Positions 9,944-21,546 of a stretch of DNA of 64,000 nucleotides are shown in pieces; the first letter of the stretch is position 1; each line of letters begins with the position of its first letter. Position numbers and translations under genes: made by a program. The notes below the pieces were generated by a model, which was given only the letters and a program-made list of their open reading frames with translations, did not search any database and was not told where the DNA came from. Source of the DNA: an uncultured Methanosarcinaceae archaeon (lineage in GTDB: Archaea > Halobacteriota > Methanosarcinia > Methanosarcinales > Methanosarcinaceae); contig CAVTET010000001.1 in NCBI GenBank assembly GCA_963733675.1, positions 1 through 64,000 on the forward strand, in the 5' to 3' direction.

Positions 9944-11599
9944 ATGGAACTTGAGATGAGAGAAGATAATTACATAAAGGCTTGCAGGGAAATTTTTGAA
10001 AAAGTACTCGCAGGCGAAATAGAAGACGAAACTCAGTTGAACAGAACAAAAAAAGAAGTCAGTAAGAATTATCATCTGGCCGCCCTGCCCGGGAACGGGG
10101 ACATCATAATGCAGGGTGCCCCAGAAGAGCAGACCACAATTAAGGAATTCCTTAAAAGGAAACCAGTGAGAACAATTTCCGGAGTGGCGGTAATTGCCGT
10201 AATGACATCTCCTGCTCCATGTCCACATGGGGTTTGTCTGCCTTGTCCCGGGGGTCCGAATTCCGTATTTAAATCTCCTCAAAGTTATATGGGTAGGGAA
10301 CCTGCAGCTATGAGAGCAATCCAGAATGAGTTCAATCCCTACTCTCAGGTTAGATCCCGGCTCTCCCAGCTCAAGGAGATCGGTCACGATATAGAGAAAG
10401 TAGAATTGATAGTTATGGGGGGCACATTTTCCTCCCGCAGTCTTGATTATCAGGAATGGTTTGTCAAAAAGTGCCTCGAGGCTATGAACGATTTCACTTC
10501 TGAGGAATGGAGAGAAAAAGTTTGGAAAATCGGGAAATCTTTACCCTATATCCCGCTCGAAGAGGTACAAAAAGCCAACGAAATAGCTGGGATACGTAAC
10601 ATAGGAATTACATTTGAAACTCGTCCGGACTGGACAGAAGCGAAACATGTGGACGAATTTCTGAGGCTTGGAGGAACAAAGGTAGAGCTTGGAGTTCAGA
10701 GTATTTATGATTTTGTGCTCACACGTATGCATAGAGGTCATAGCGTTGCTGAAATCGTAACGGCCAACCGAGTATTAAGAGACAGCGCATTAAAGGTTGG
10801 ATTCCATATGATGCCTCATCTACCTGGGTCGGATTCTAACTTAGACCTAAGATGTTTTAAAAAACTTTTTGAAGATTCTCGCTTCAGGCCTGATTATCTA
10901 AAGATTTATCCTACCCTTGTGACTGAAGGTACTCCTCTTTACAGGCTCTGGGAAGCAGGAGAGTATGAAGCTCTTTCGGATGAAGAGGCAGTAGAACTTG
11001 TTGCTGACATAAAGGCGATCCTGCCTAAATGGGTAAGACTCCAGCGGGTACAGCGCGATATTCCCTCCCACCAGATCTTTGCAGGAGTCCGGAAGAGCAA
11101 TCTCAGACAGCTTGCAAAAGAAATGCTTATAGAAAAAGGAGGAAAATGTCGCTGCATCCGCTGCAGAGAAGTAGGGCATAGCAGCTTGAAAGGGAACAAA
11201 GTAAACGAGAAAGATATCGAACTGACTGTGGAAACCTATAAAGCATGTGAAGGCACAGAGTATTTCATAGCATTTGAAGATCTTGCTATGGATATTCTGA
11301 TCGGGTTTATTCGCCTTCGTTTCCCGTCAATTCCTCACCGTCCAGAGTTGCAGGAAGCCGCTTTGATAAGAGAGTTGCATGTATATGGCTCCATGGTACC
11401 CATAGGAAGGGAAGCAAAGCAAACGGATTGGCAGCATCGAGGATATGGAAAGGAACTTCTGGAACATGCAGAAAAAATAGTGCATGAAGCTGGTTACCGA
11501 AAACTTGTTGTTCTCAGTGGAATAGGAGCCAGAGAATATTATCGAAAATTTGGATATGTTCTTGATAACTTGTATATGTCTAAAATTTTGAAAAATTAG
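9944..11599 (+). CDS. elp3: tRNA wobble-uridine modification radical SAM/GNAT enzyme Elp3
   Basis: RTISGVAVIAVMTSPAPCPHGVCLPCPGGP, ETRPD, DYLKIYPTLV, RELHVYG, QHRGYG motifs; start may be 9956. Confidence 0.96.
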   Translation: MELEMREDNYIKACREIFEKVLAGEIEDETQLNRTKKEVSKNYHLAALPGNGDIIMQGAPEEQTTIKEFLKRKPVRTISGVAVIAVMTSPAPCPHGVCLPCPGGPNSVFKSPQSYMGREPAAMRAIQNEFNPYSQVRSRLSQLKEIGHDIEKVELIVMGGTFSSRSLDYQEWFVKKCLEAMNDFTSEEWREKVWKIGKSLPYIPLEEVQKANEIAGIRNIGITFETRPDWTEAKHVDEFLRLGGTKVELGVQSIYDFVLTRMHRGHSVAEIVTANRVLRDSALKVGFHMMPHLPGSDSNLDLRCFKKLFEDSRFRPDYLKIYPTLVTEGTPLYRLWEAGEYEALSDEEAVELVADIKAILPKWVRLQRVQRDIPSHQIFAGVRKSNLRQLAKEMLIEKGGKCRCIRCREVGHSSLKGNKVNEKDIELTVETYKACEGTEYFIAFEDLAMDILIGFIRLRFPSIPHRPELQEAALIRELHVYGSMVPIGREAKQTDWQHRGYGKELLEHAEKIVHEAGYRKLVVLSGIGAREYYRKFGYVLDNLYMSKILKN

Positions 11600-12520
11600 A
11601 TGTTTTAATATTTTATGGGATCCCTAGATTTCTCCTCAGAAAGAGTCACGCAATGGAAATCAATATGCGTGTGAGATAATATATTCACTCCTTCATTTAA
11701 ACTATATTTTAATTTATTTCATATGTTTAATTTTATAAAACTCATAATTTGGTATTTTTCCAGGACAACACTCCTAGATAGATTTATTGTATAGCTATCG
11801 TTTTATCAGTTACTAGTTGGTTTATTAATCCTACAGAATGTTGCACATAACTTGGTGCAAAATTTAAATCACATTAATAGTGATTATAGTTAATTAATAT
11901 ACAAAATATTTTTATATTTATATATTAATTATATTCTTTTTGTTACTTAAGTTATGTTTCGATCTTGTCATTGATACATTGTTTTTTGTGACAAAATCTA
12001 TGTATTTTTTTCATTTTTCAGCCGAAATAATCGGCAAATATAGGCTAAAAACTCATATACACATAGATTTTATTTTAAATTATTCATTATTAAGAAATAC
12101 GACAAAGCCTACAATAATCTAAATATTGGAAAAATGGAGTAATTTTTATACAGTAAATGTACAAACTTGTAGCATATGCAAGAAAAAAGAAAAAGATTAG
12201 TGCTTAAGTAAATATTCCCTTAGTAGATGGTTTACAGCAACATGGATACCATAATCTGACTAAGGCTGTTATCACAGGCTTTGAAATGATCATCGCTAGT
12301 ATCTATCAATTCAATTATGGGTCACTTCAATGAGATCTAAATACTTTTATTCTGACGGGAAGTTACTTAAGTAGTATGTCCAATAATTAAAAATGTATAG
12401 AGCATTGTGGTTACAGGCGCTGCAAAGGAAGTGAACTATGTAGCAGTAGCGAATTTTTGATCTATTCGTATATTCTCTTTTTCCTGAGTCACCTATTTTC
12501 CAGTAGAGTCTTTAAGGATT

Positions 12521-12913
12521 TCATACTATGTTAATCCACGGATTATCACTCTGGAAAGTATTAGTACCGTCTTGAATAGTTAGTTTTATGTTATGAATAC
12601 CCTTTTGATATGTAGCTATTGTGTTTGTTGTCCCAGTTGCAGTATTATTTGGGCCTACTGTTTGTGGAATTGCGTATTGATTTCCTTCAACAGTTAAAGT
12701 AGCTGTCAGAGTGGCTGTAAAAATATCAAAAGCATTAAGAGTTATTGTAAACATGACCATCCCTGCTGAATTAGAAATAACTGTTGTTGGATTTGTTGTT
12801 ATACTGGTGTATCATATTGCACTTGCAGCACCAGATGCCATTACAAGCAAAATAGGCACCACTCCTAAAACTTTTAAAAGAGCATACACTTTGTGTGTTT
12901 TATTGCATGTCAT
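12521..12913 (-). pseudogene. Small secreted beta-rich protein interrupted by one in-frame TGA
   Basis: ATG at 12913 gives signal peptide MTCNKTHKVYALLKVLGVVPILLVMASGAASAI, TGA at 12814-12812, then continues in frame into ORF 12521-12760. Confidence 0.7.
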
Positions 12914-13111
12914 ATATTTTATTTAACAATCTCCAAGTATGATTTTTTTGTATAGATACTTAAATTGTTTACATTTTATTTTTTTGTTCAATATGTAAGT
13001 GTTTGTTGAACTTGTGCTATGATCTCGTAAATGTTGATATTTGTAAAACTTATGGCTTATTTAGATATATCTAATTAAATTTTTTGGACACTAGATGGTC
13101 TCTTTATTATG

Positions 13112-13140
13112 GATATCCAGGTAAAAAAAACCTGGATATC
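13112..13140. promoter_or_regulatory. Perfect 11-bp inverted repeat (GATATCCAGGT-A7-ACCTGGATATC); possible operator or hairpin
   Basis: Dyad seen directly in an intergenic region; function is inference. Confidence 0.4.
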
Positions 13141-13350
13141 GACTAATTCCATATCGTTATTTTGTCTCTTTCACAGTTTTAAGAGCGAGAGTGCAGTCAA
13201 TTTTCATAGTACTAAATGTAATGATTATGGACTATTTTGCTCCTCTCATATATTATAGATCACCGAATGCCAGGATCTAAGTTCGTCGTTTCAATCACCA
13301 CCTAAATTTAATGGAAATTGAAATCCGACTATTTTTTATCTAATTTACAT

Positions 13351-15044
13351 TTAGCAATTTTTTTCTGCTTTGTGATGTTTGGTTGTATGGTGTTTGGTTT
13401 TATGATGTTTGGTTATATGGTGTTTGGAGTGATTTTTATGTTTATGTTTGCTTAAATGAGCTTTAGCCTGTGACCATTAGAGTCCGAATTTGGTGATTCT
13501 GTAGGTCCAAGAGGTTCACTGTCATACCCATAAGGTTCAGTGCCAATATATACCATACATCATCGATACAGGGATTACAGGGACTACAGCACCGCCATAA
13601 CCTTCATTGTAAGGTTCACCATTGTGCTCTTCCTCATTGTGCTCTTCCTCATTGTGCTCTTCCTTCTTGGTTGGCTGTTCATAGCGAACTATCGCAATAG
13701 CACTGGATGAAATTACTGGTTTGCTGTTGAATGAACCTGTTGCAAATGCTGAATTAGTTACATAACTTGCATTAATGTCGGCCTGTGTTATTCTGTAGGA
13801 ATATGTATTTTGAGCGCTTGAACCTGGACTAAGGATACCATCGCCTTGTATAGATATTGTACCAAACTTGTCGTCCGTAACAGTGATAGGTGCTGAGATA
13901 GTTACATTTCCTGAGTTAGTTACAGTATAAGTGTATGTGATATTCTGTCCTTCAGTAGAATAATCTTTTGGATTCGCTGATTTTATTAATGTCAGAGCTG
14001 GATTTTTATTGATTGCTGTTATTGTTGCTTGAGTCTGGTTTAATGGTGTGGTACCATTGTAGACCGTTGCTGTATTTGTAATGGAACCATTATCATAATC
14101 GCTCTGTGTTGTAGTGTAGGTAGCTGTTCCTGTAGTTTGAGCATTAGGTGCAAGATTATTGTTCAGTAAGGAAATTGTACCAAGTTGGCTATCTATAACT
14201 AAAACGTCTGTTAAAGCTACATTTCCTGTGTTATTTACAGTGTACGTGTATGTAACACTCTGTCAGTCAGTAAGTTGTTGGATTTGGTGTCTTTGTTATT
14301 GTCAAAGCTGGGTTCTGTCGTTAGGTAGCTACCTGTTGCTACAGCTTGCTGGCCAATTCCAAGAGTAGTTGTATTAAGGCTACCCAATATTACGCCGGGT
14401 AAGTTATCTGTAATCCCAATATCGGAGAGATCCAGATTACCTATGTTAGTTATATGGTATGTGTATGTGACACTCGCTCCATCAGTATAAGTTGATGGAT
14501 TTGGTGTCTTTGTTATTGTCAGAGCTGGACTTTGTAGTGCGCCTAATGTAAAGGTTGTCGTGTTATTGACTGGGCAGATACTTGTGCCGCTAGTATCTAA
14601 TGCCGTACCGTTCACATTTGCTGTATTAATCACAGAACCATTATCAACATCAATCTGTGATGTTATGTAGTTATATGTTCCTGTAACTTGATCACCTGGG
14701 GCAAGAATAGTGGCTGATGTGACTAGTGAGCCTGTTGTGTTATTAAGAGTGATTGTTTGACCAAGTGTGATGTCTGTAACGTTAACATCTGTGATATTTG
14801 TATTTCCTGTGTTCTTCACAGTGTAGTTGTATGGGATAGTTTTCCCTGAAGCACCATAATTTGGCACACTTGTGGTCTTTATTATTGTCAGATCTGGTTT
14901 CACTGGTACTGTTATAGAAACCTGTTGAGACGCAAGGAATGTTCCATCAGCCGAAACTGACCCAGGTACAAAAGTCGTTGCACTTACCAGAGGAATAAAG
15001 ATAAGTGCAAGTATAGTAAGTATTATTAAATGTCCGATTTTCAT
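13351..15044 (-). pseudogene. Cell-surface protein with tandem DUF11/DUF7507-type Ig-like repeats and a His/Lys-rich tail, broken by several indels
   Basis: Signal peptide; repeats PALTITK...TYTY(T/H)VTNxGN...D(V/Y)DNGS(V/I)xNTA; frame breaks near 14310-14265, 13545 and 13470; tail KHHITKHHKTKHHTTKHHKAEKNC ends at TAA 13351. Confidence 0.85.
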
Positions 15045-15099
15045 ATTTTCACCCCTTTTTTATTTTTTTAACTCTATAAGTTTCAAATGTTTCTCATTC

Positions 15100-15472
15100 A
15101 GTTTACGTACTCTAAAGTCATGTTAACTGTATTATGTAACATTAACAGTGTTTGAAGTTGTTATATTGTTTCTGAATTTACCTGTTGCAAATGCTACACT
15201 GATCACAGAATATTGTCAAGATCAGCCTGATTTATTATGTAATTAGCTGTACCTGTAACATTTTGATCTGGAGTCCGGTTCCCGGTTATGATTGTTACTG
15301 TTACAATTTTGTTGTATATAACACTGATAGGGCCTCTGATAGCCCTATTTCCAGGGTTTGTTACATTGTAAGTGTATGTGATCTGCTGCCCTACAGCGTT
15401 ATTAGCTGTTTGATTTGCTACCTTTTTTATTGTTAGTGCTACACTTTGATTGTTTTTATATTGCCCCTTCAC
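15100..15472 (-). pseudogene. Single DUF7507-type repeat remnant
   Basis: ALTIKK...GQQITYTYNVTNPGN...INQADLD then premature stop; FATGKF continues out of frame. Confidence 0.7.
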
Positions 15473-15732
15473 TCATTTTTTAATAATATTTTCTTGTTAT
15501 ATAGGTATCTTTTAACTAAAATTCAACCATAGTATCTATGAAAAACACATACGTGTATATAAAAAATAAATTTTTTCTATAAATGCTAAGGTAGGATATT
15601 ATATACCCCTAATTCAATATAAAAATTATTGGTTGTCAAAAAATATATTCAAATTATGCTAAAAATTGTAATTCAAATAGTTGTGGTAATAAATCATTAG
15701 CATTAACTCTTGAACCATCCGGAAGGTGAAGA

Positions 15733-15998
15733 ATGAAAAAAGCAAGATATGATACCGTAAGTAGAAGGCATACCTTCATAGCATTTTTAGGAATCACTGT
15801 GCTGATGTTTTTGATCCTAGTGAGTATCGCAGGTGCAACACAGGATTCAGACGCTTCGTGGAACAATAAGGAATATTTCTAGTTAAATTAGACAAGTCAG
15901 ATGAATTAATGAAAGCCTATGAAAAAGCACTTGAACTTAATTCGCACGTTTCAGTAGCTTTGAAAGGCAAAGGAACTTTATCTAAACAGATTAAATAA
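15733..15998 (+). pseudogene. Secreted TPR protein remnant (paralog of 25901-26221)
   Basis: MKKARYDTVSRRHTFIAFLGITVLMFLILVSIAGA...WNNK, then frameshift to KAYEKALELN. Confidence 0.75.
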
Positions 15999-16285
15999 AT
16001 CTGATTTTTAGGTTGAATAGTTACAAATATCCTATCGCCAGTAGTTATCTTCTGAAAAAGTATATTCTTTTGCTTCGGATATTAAAAACTTCTCAGAAAT
16101 CCACACGCCTGAATAATTATTGTAACTTGTCTCAGTTTCAACTAATTGAATTAATCTGTATAGTTTAAAATGGTTCTTTTATTTATATTGTTGGTTAAGT
16201 TCGTGAAATCTTGTAGGATCACAGAAGGGATAATATATTTATTTTTTTATGAGAAAAATATTATTTAATTTTTAAGTAATGATAA

Positions 16286-16325
16286 ATGATAGCTGTAAAC
16301 AGTATATGATAGCTGTAAACAGTAT
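16286..16325. repeat. 20-bp perfect tandem duplication ATGATAGCTGTAAACAGTAT x2
   Basis: Seen directly. Confidence 0.85.
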
Positions 16326-16541
16326 AGGTATCTAGAGTAGTTTCACACAGACTGACCATTATTAAATTCATAGAGCATTGTTTATAATATCTAAACTTGA
16401 CGTTTTTCCTATTTATTTGGCCTTCAATAATCCCGCGGTATTTTAATTACCCAGTTAGTAATTAATTGATCTATGATGTCTTTAATTATTCATATTTGCA
16501 TTTAATTTCTTATGGTTGCCTTTAATTGGTTACTCTCCTAC

Positions 16542-17435
16542 TCAATGTGCAAAATCAAGAATGATAGATATTGCATATATTGCAAGTGTTACATGGAAAA
16601 AGGGAAGTATCTTTATTCCGACCTCCGGACTTGTTTCTTTCCATAGGTAAAGATTTGATCCTGCAAGGAGTACAAATCCTGCAAGGAAACCGTAGTGAGC
16701 AATGACTCCTAGCTCCTTGAGAAATAAAGTAGCTGTGAGAAGATGCAGGAGGAAGAAGCCTGTAATCCAATATTTTGTTCCTTTTATGCCGTAAAGGACG
16801 GTTATAGATTTCAGGCCTTTTGCTCGGTCGTTTTCCAGGTCTATTAAGTCATTTAATCCTAGATGCGCCATTGTCCATGGATAGAAAAAAAACATATAGA
16901 GCAGCATGGTAATATCTGGGTGTCCATAGCAGAGGTAACCTGCTGCCGGAAAAAGTGTAAAGTCTGTCCTTCCAAAAAGTTGAGCAATCGGATACTTTTG
17001 ATCTCTTTTCTTAATTTGATAAAAAGCCTCAATGCTGTAAGAGTACAACATTATTGTAAAAACATAGAGCGAATTTGGATAGGGCAGAGTGAAAATAAGG
17101 ACTGAAGTAACTCCTATAAGCAGAATTAACAGCCCGAAGGCATCTTCTGAAGAAATCTTTCCTGAAGGAATGGGTCTCTCTTTAAAAGGCCTCCAGTAGT
17201 TGGTAAGCGTGTTATCAATGTCAAACCTATCTATGTTTTTGTCCACATAATCGTTGAGTACGAAACCAGCCTCAAATCCCAGAGCGCCTATAAGAGCTGT
17301 CTTCATGGTCAACGACCAGGAAAAGCCTCCGTAATTTGCAAAAGCAAGCACCAGCCCAGAGCAGAAAACAGTAGGCCAGACCGGGAGAAAGTGGGCACGA
17401 GTGAGATTAATGTAAGCTTTTAGATTTTCTTGCAT
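16542..17435 (-). CDS. UbiA-family prenyltransferase
   Basis: Asp-rich motifs LNDYVDKNID and LNDLIDLENDRAKG, RPIPSG, multiple TM helices; start placed at MQENLK. Confidence 0.9.
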   Translation of the reverse strand: MQENLKAYINLTRAHFLPVWPTVFCSGLVLAFANYGGFSWSLTMKTALIGALGFEAGFVLNDYVDKNIDRFDIDNTLTNYWRPFKERPIPSGKISSEDAFGLLILLIGVTSVLIFTLPYPNSLYVFTIMLYSYSIEAFYQIKKRDQKYPIAQLFGRTDFTLFPAAGYLCYGHPDITMLLYMFFFYPWTMAHLGLNDLIDLENDRAKGLKSITVLYGIKGTKYWITGFFLLHLLTATLFLKELGVIAHYGFLAGFVLLAGSNLYLWKETSPEVGIKILPFFHVTLAIYAISIILDFAH

Positions 17436-17939
17436 GCTTTTGGCTTTAGTAACGATAGTGATGATCAAAGTTTTGGTATTACACTCTGCTGCAAGCAACT
17501 GGATATGTTAGCTCCCCTGCTCTGGGTATAAAGGAATTATTCAAAATTAATATTTTCATTTGCTGATATAATTTTTTTCTTAACGATTTCCCAGATTTCA
17601 ACATCGTTTTTAATTGCATCTGAAGTCGTACCAAAATCCACAGTTCCAATTTAACCTCTATCAATCCAAAGTTTACAATCCAAAAGCTATTTCTTAATCT
17701 CAGAGTATTCTTTAAAGACATTTATTGCTGTATACTTTTTATAATCTACATCACTATTGAAGGCGAATACTTTTGGTTCAGACCAATGAAAAGATGTACA
17801 TATGCACCATTATTACCGATTGCATCGAACTCAAAACAGTACCTTTTGCCAATTTCGAAGTGTATATATTTCAAATAATTGATTATGTCATTGCTTAAAT
17901 AATATTTTTGCTATGCCTCATACAAAAACATGTGATATT

Positions 17940-18034
17940 TAGAGCATTTCGATACACAGCTGTTTTTCACGAGTAATAGATATACAATTTATAAGTACAT
18001 GATAATATTTAGGAGTTTATTGAAATCTTCCTTA
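17940..18034. mobile_element. ~93-bp MITE with IS5-like ends, copy 1
   Basis: TAGAGCATTTCGATA ... TTTATTGAAATCTTCCTTA; similar to 38778-38870 and 62950-63042. Confidence 0.65.
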
Positions 18035-18525
18035 TTTTACAATACAATTGTTTGCATGAAGTAGTTCCTTTTTTTAGTGCAAGGGTAGCTTAAAATATGA
18101 AGCAGTTAATTATGATGATTCTCAGTAAAGTTTCCATAACCACAGTGATCTGCAGGGTATTCGATTGTAATAAAATACTCATTATGCGGTGCTTCTGAGG
18201 TTAAATCATTCGATAAGCTTGCAAAAATGCAGAGGAAAAAATATTAGATCCCAATTTCCGGATATTTACAAAAAAATGCCATATATTTTCTCAATAAACA
18301 GTAGATTAAAAATTTATCTAACTTTCAACGAATAATGGAGGACAAATAGGCAAACAAATATATATCTGTGCACATCTGCAGAAAGTCGGTTAAAATAAAT
18401 TGTATACTAATAAAGATAGCTATTGATCTAGGTTTATCCAGGATTAATAGTTACAGCTTTTGAATATTCTCATACTTCAAGCAGTATTCTTATAAAATAT
18501 TATTCCAAATGATCCAAGGGAAAAT

Positions 18526-19275
18526 ATGCTAAATAATACATATATTCATATTCCTGGTGTAGGGAAGAGCCTTGAAAAGAGGATCTGGGCTCAAGGAATA
18601 CATACATGGGAAGAATTTCTTGAGATGGAAGATAGGATCTCAATACCTTCTACTCGAAAAGCAATAATTTGTGAGGGAATTAAAAAATCTTCAGAGCGTC
18701 TGGCAGCAAAAGATTATTATTTTTTTTCTCAGTGCCTTCCTTCTGCGGAACACTGGAGGACCTATCCTCTGTTTTCCGATTCTGTAGCATTTGTGGATAT
18801 CGAGACAACTGGGCTTTCACAGCGTAGAGATAGAATAACCGTTATTGGAATTTATGATGGTAGAGAGTCTAAGACATATGTAAAGGACACAAATCTAGAT
18901 GATATTGTGGATGAACTTTCAAAATACAGGTTACTTGTATCCTTCAACGGTGCTCGTTTTGATATTCCTTTCATAAAGTCTGAATTTCCTGAAATTGAAT
19001 TCAAACAGCTCCATATAGATCTTGTGTACCCTCTAAGGCGAATAGGATATAAAGGTGGCCTCAAAAATATTGAGAAAATACTTGGGATATCTAGGAGTGA
19101 AGATACTGAAGGTATGACAGGATTTGATGCCGTACGGCTCTGGAAGCAATATGAAAGGGGAGACAAAGATGCACTAGCTAAAATTATTAAATATAATAAA
19201 GAAGACATAGTTAATCTGAAAACTATTTTAGAGCTTACTTATCCTAAAATGGTTGAAAAAGCTCTAAATTCTTGA
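18526..19275 (+). CDS. RNase H-like (YprB/RNase_H_2) exonuclease domain protein
   Basis: FVDIETTGL, SFNGARFDIPFI, GGLKNIEK, YNKEDIVNL (DEDD-type). Confidence 0.9.
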   Translation: MLNNTYIHIPGVGKSLEKRIWAQGIHTWEEFLEMEDRISIPSTRKAIICEGIKKSSERLAAKDYYFFSQCLPSAEHWRTYPLFSDSVAFVDIETTGLSQRRDRITVIGIYDGRESKTYVKDTNLDDIVDELSKYRLLVSFNGARFDIPFIKSEFPEIEFKQLHIDLVYPLRRIGYKGGLKNIEKILGISRSEDTEGMTGFDAVRLWKQYERGDKDALAKIIKYNKEDIVNLKTILELTYPKMVEKALNS

Positions 19276-20499
19276 GAGGCAAAATTTTTCATTGAGACTG
19301 GCAGGAGTCAAAAATATCTAGCGATCTATTAATATTTCCATCAATTAAACAAATTTGAATCGTCAGTCATTTACGCGTTTGATGTCTTCATAATTATAGT
19401 TCCCCAAATAAAGATTAATATTTCAAAAACTGGGAAAAATGAATTTATCATCCGATGCCTACATTTCTTTTTAGGCTTAAATACAAATTTGGATCACTTA
19501 GAGCATGGAAAAAAAGAAAAAAATAGACTAAAAAAATATTTTTTCCATTTCTCTTGGTTTATTTCCATGATTGTGTAATTTCGAGTGACTAAAGTATGAC
19601 TAATCATGATTAGAGTATAAAATATTCTTGAAAATTTTGTTGATTTGTGAGTTTATTATAAACTTCCCTTATAATAATTGATTGCGTTTTTATTCACTGA
19701 AGCAAATTTACTCTAACCATGGTCTTCACAGTAAAAATTGACACTTCACAAAATGAGAAAAAATATATTCATGATCAAATACTAAAATTTTTTTGTATTA
19801 TTCATCCTGAGCAAAAAATCCCAATAAACCTCCTCACTAAGATTCAATGAGCAAATTTAGTTAGGCGTATTTTCTAGTTAGCTGTAGGTTATTGATAATG
19901 GTTTTATTTCTCAATCCGTTCAAAATCAGAATTATCTATTGAATCAAAATAGATATCTTCCAACTGATTTTTGGTAATCTGAATGGTTATCTTGCTCCAT
20001 GAACCTTAAACTTAGAGATGAATCATGGAAAGCACAGAAAAAAGGGAATAAAGGGAAAGTTGAACAATTTTTCCTTGTCGTTCCGCTTTTTCTTTGGTTA
20101 TAGAATTTCTAATGACTTAAGCAAGTAATTAAGTTCGAAAACATAATTGATTTTCAAAAGTGTAATTGATTCGCTAGTTTACTATAAATGTATAAATGGG
20201 AAAAATAATAATCAAAAATTGCATAGTTGAACGAATAAATACGAAGGCAACTTAATACAACTAAAATTATCACTTCTGAACTTAAATTTTGGAAATTGGA
20301 TTTAAAAAAGTTGAACTACTTTTACCTCACATTAGCCCAGATAAAGAATACTTTAATAATAAAATAGATTGAAAATTCATTTTCACCTGAAAAGATGACA
20401 CGAAATAGTAATTATGAGACAGTAAAACTGTAAGATATATAAGCATGTTTTTCATATAAGGTTAGGAGAAAGAATGAAATAAATTTACAAAGCAGGGAT

Positions 20500-20760
20500 A
20501 TGATGCGCGCAGAACTTACATCACTTTTTGGTTTAAGCATATACACAAATACCGGTGTTTATGTAGGAAAGCTACAGGACCTTGTAATTGATATAGATGA
20601 TCAGAAAATTACTGGGCTTGCTGTTTCTGATATTAATAGAGAACTTTTTGACCAGACCACCAAAGGTGTAATTATTCCTTACAGGTGGGTCATAACAGCA
20701 GCAGATATTGTTATAATAAGAGACGTTGTCCAAAGATACAAAAAACGGAAAGAAGACTGA
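20500..20760 (+). CDS. PRC-barrel domain protein
   Basis: IYTNTGVYVGKLQDLVID...IIPYRWVITAADIVII. Confidence 0.9.
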   Translation: MMRAELTSLFGLSIYTNTGVYVGKLQDLVIDIDDQKITGLAVSDINRELFDQTTKGVIIPYRWVITAADIVIIRDVVQRYKKRKED

Positions 20761-20777
20761 TAAACTTTGAAAGATAA

Positions 20778-21506
20778 ATTAAAAATATGGAAATCTTTGC
20801 TGAAATGCGCTGTATCCTTCCTGTGGTTGTGCGCACTGATGGCAGATATTTAAAAATAAGCTCTTACGCCTGAGTTTTAAGAAATTATATGACCCAAACT
20901 TCACCAGGGCAATGGCGAACACTGCCATACTTTTCGTTAGAAAAGCAGTTTAAGCCCTCCTCTTTGCCTACACTTTTTCGGATGAAATCAGTTTTCTGTT
21001 TACAGATCTTTCATTTGAAGGTAAAATGGGAAAATTGACTCTAGTGTGGACGCTTTCTAGGAAGCTCCATTAATATAAATTTGTGGTTTGAAAAATTTGT
21101 GGCTTTTGATTCCAGAATATTGGCTATTCAAAGGGAGAAAATTCCTTCTGATTTTCATTTGAGACAGCTTGAAGCTTGGTGAAATTTTTTGATATCTTGA
21201 GTTACTATTCTCTGATGTATAAAAAGAAATGGGTAATGTGAAGCTCGGAATATCTGAAAGGAAAAAGAGAATGAAAAATTCATGAAATGCTTTTTGAAAT
21301 GGGGACTAACCTTGCCTGACTTCGAGTTGGCAGAGGAGAGAAATTCTCATTTATACAAAGGAATCTATGAACCTCTGGCTCTAAACCGATTTTTGTTGAG
21401 AAGACTAAATCTCTGTGTAGAAGAGTCAATCATAATTTTGAAATCCCTAAATCCAAATTAAAAAAAAGGAATAACACTTCTAGAGAAACTTATTAATCAA
21501 ACTTGA
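20778..21506 (+). pseudogene. thg1: tRNA(His) guanylyltransferase Thg1-like protein, heavily degraded
   Basis: Fragments across frames: EIFAEMRCILPVVVRTDGR, YDPNFTRAMANTA, LFAYTFSDEISFLFTDL, VAFDSR, RQLEAW*N, IHEMLFE, SWQRR, LEKLINQT; lies between PRC-barrel and tyrS. Confidence 0.88.
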
Positions 21507-21546
21507 GTTTTGAAGATAAGAAAATAAAGTAAGGAATGTATAGGCA

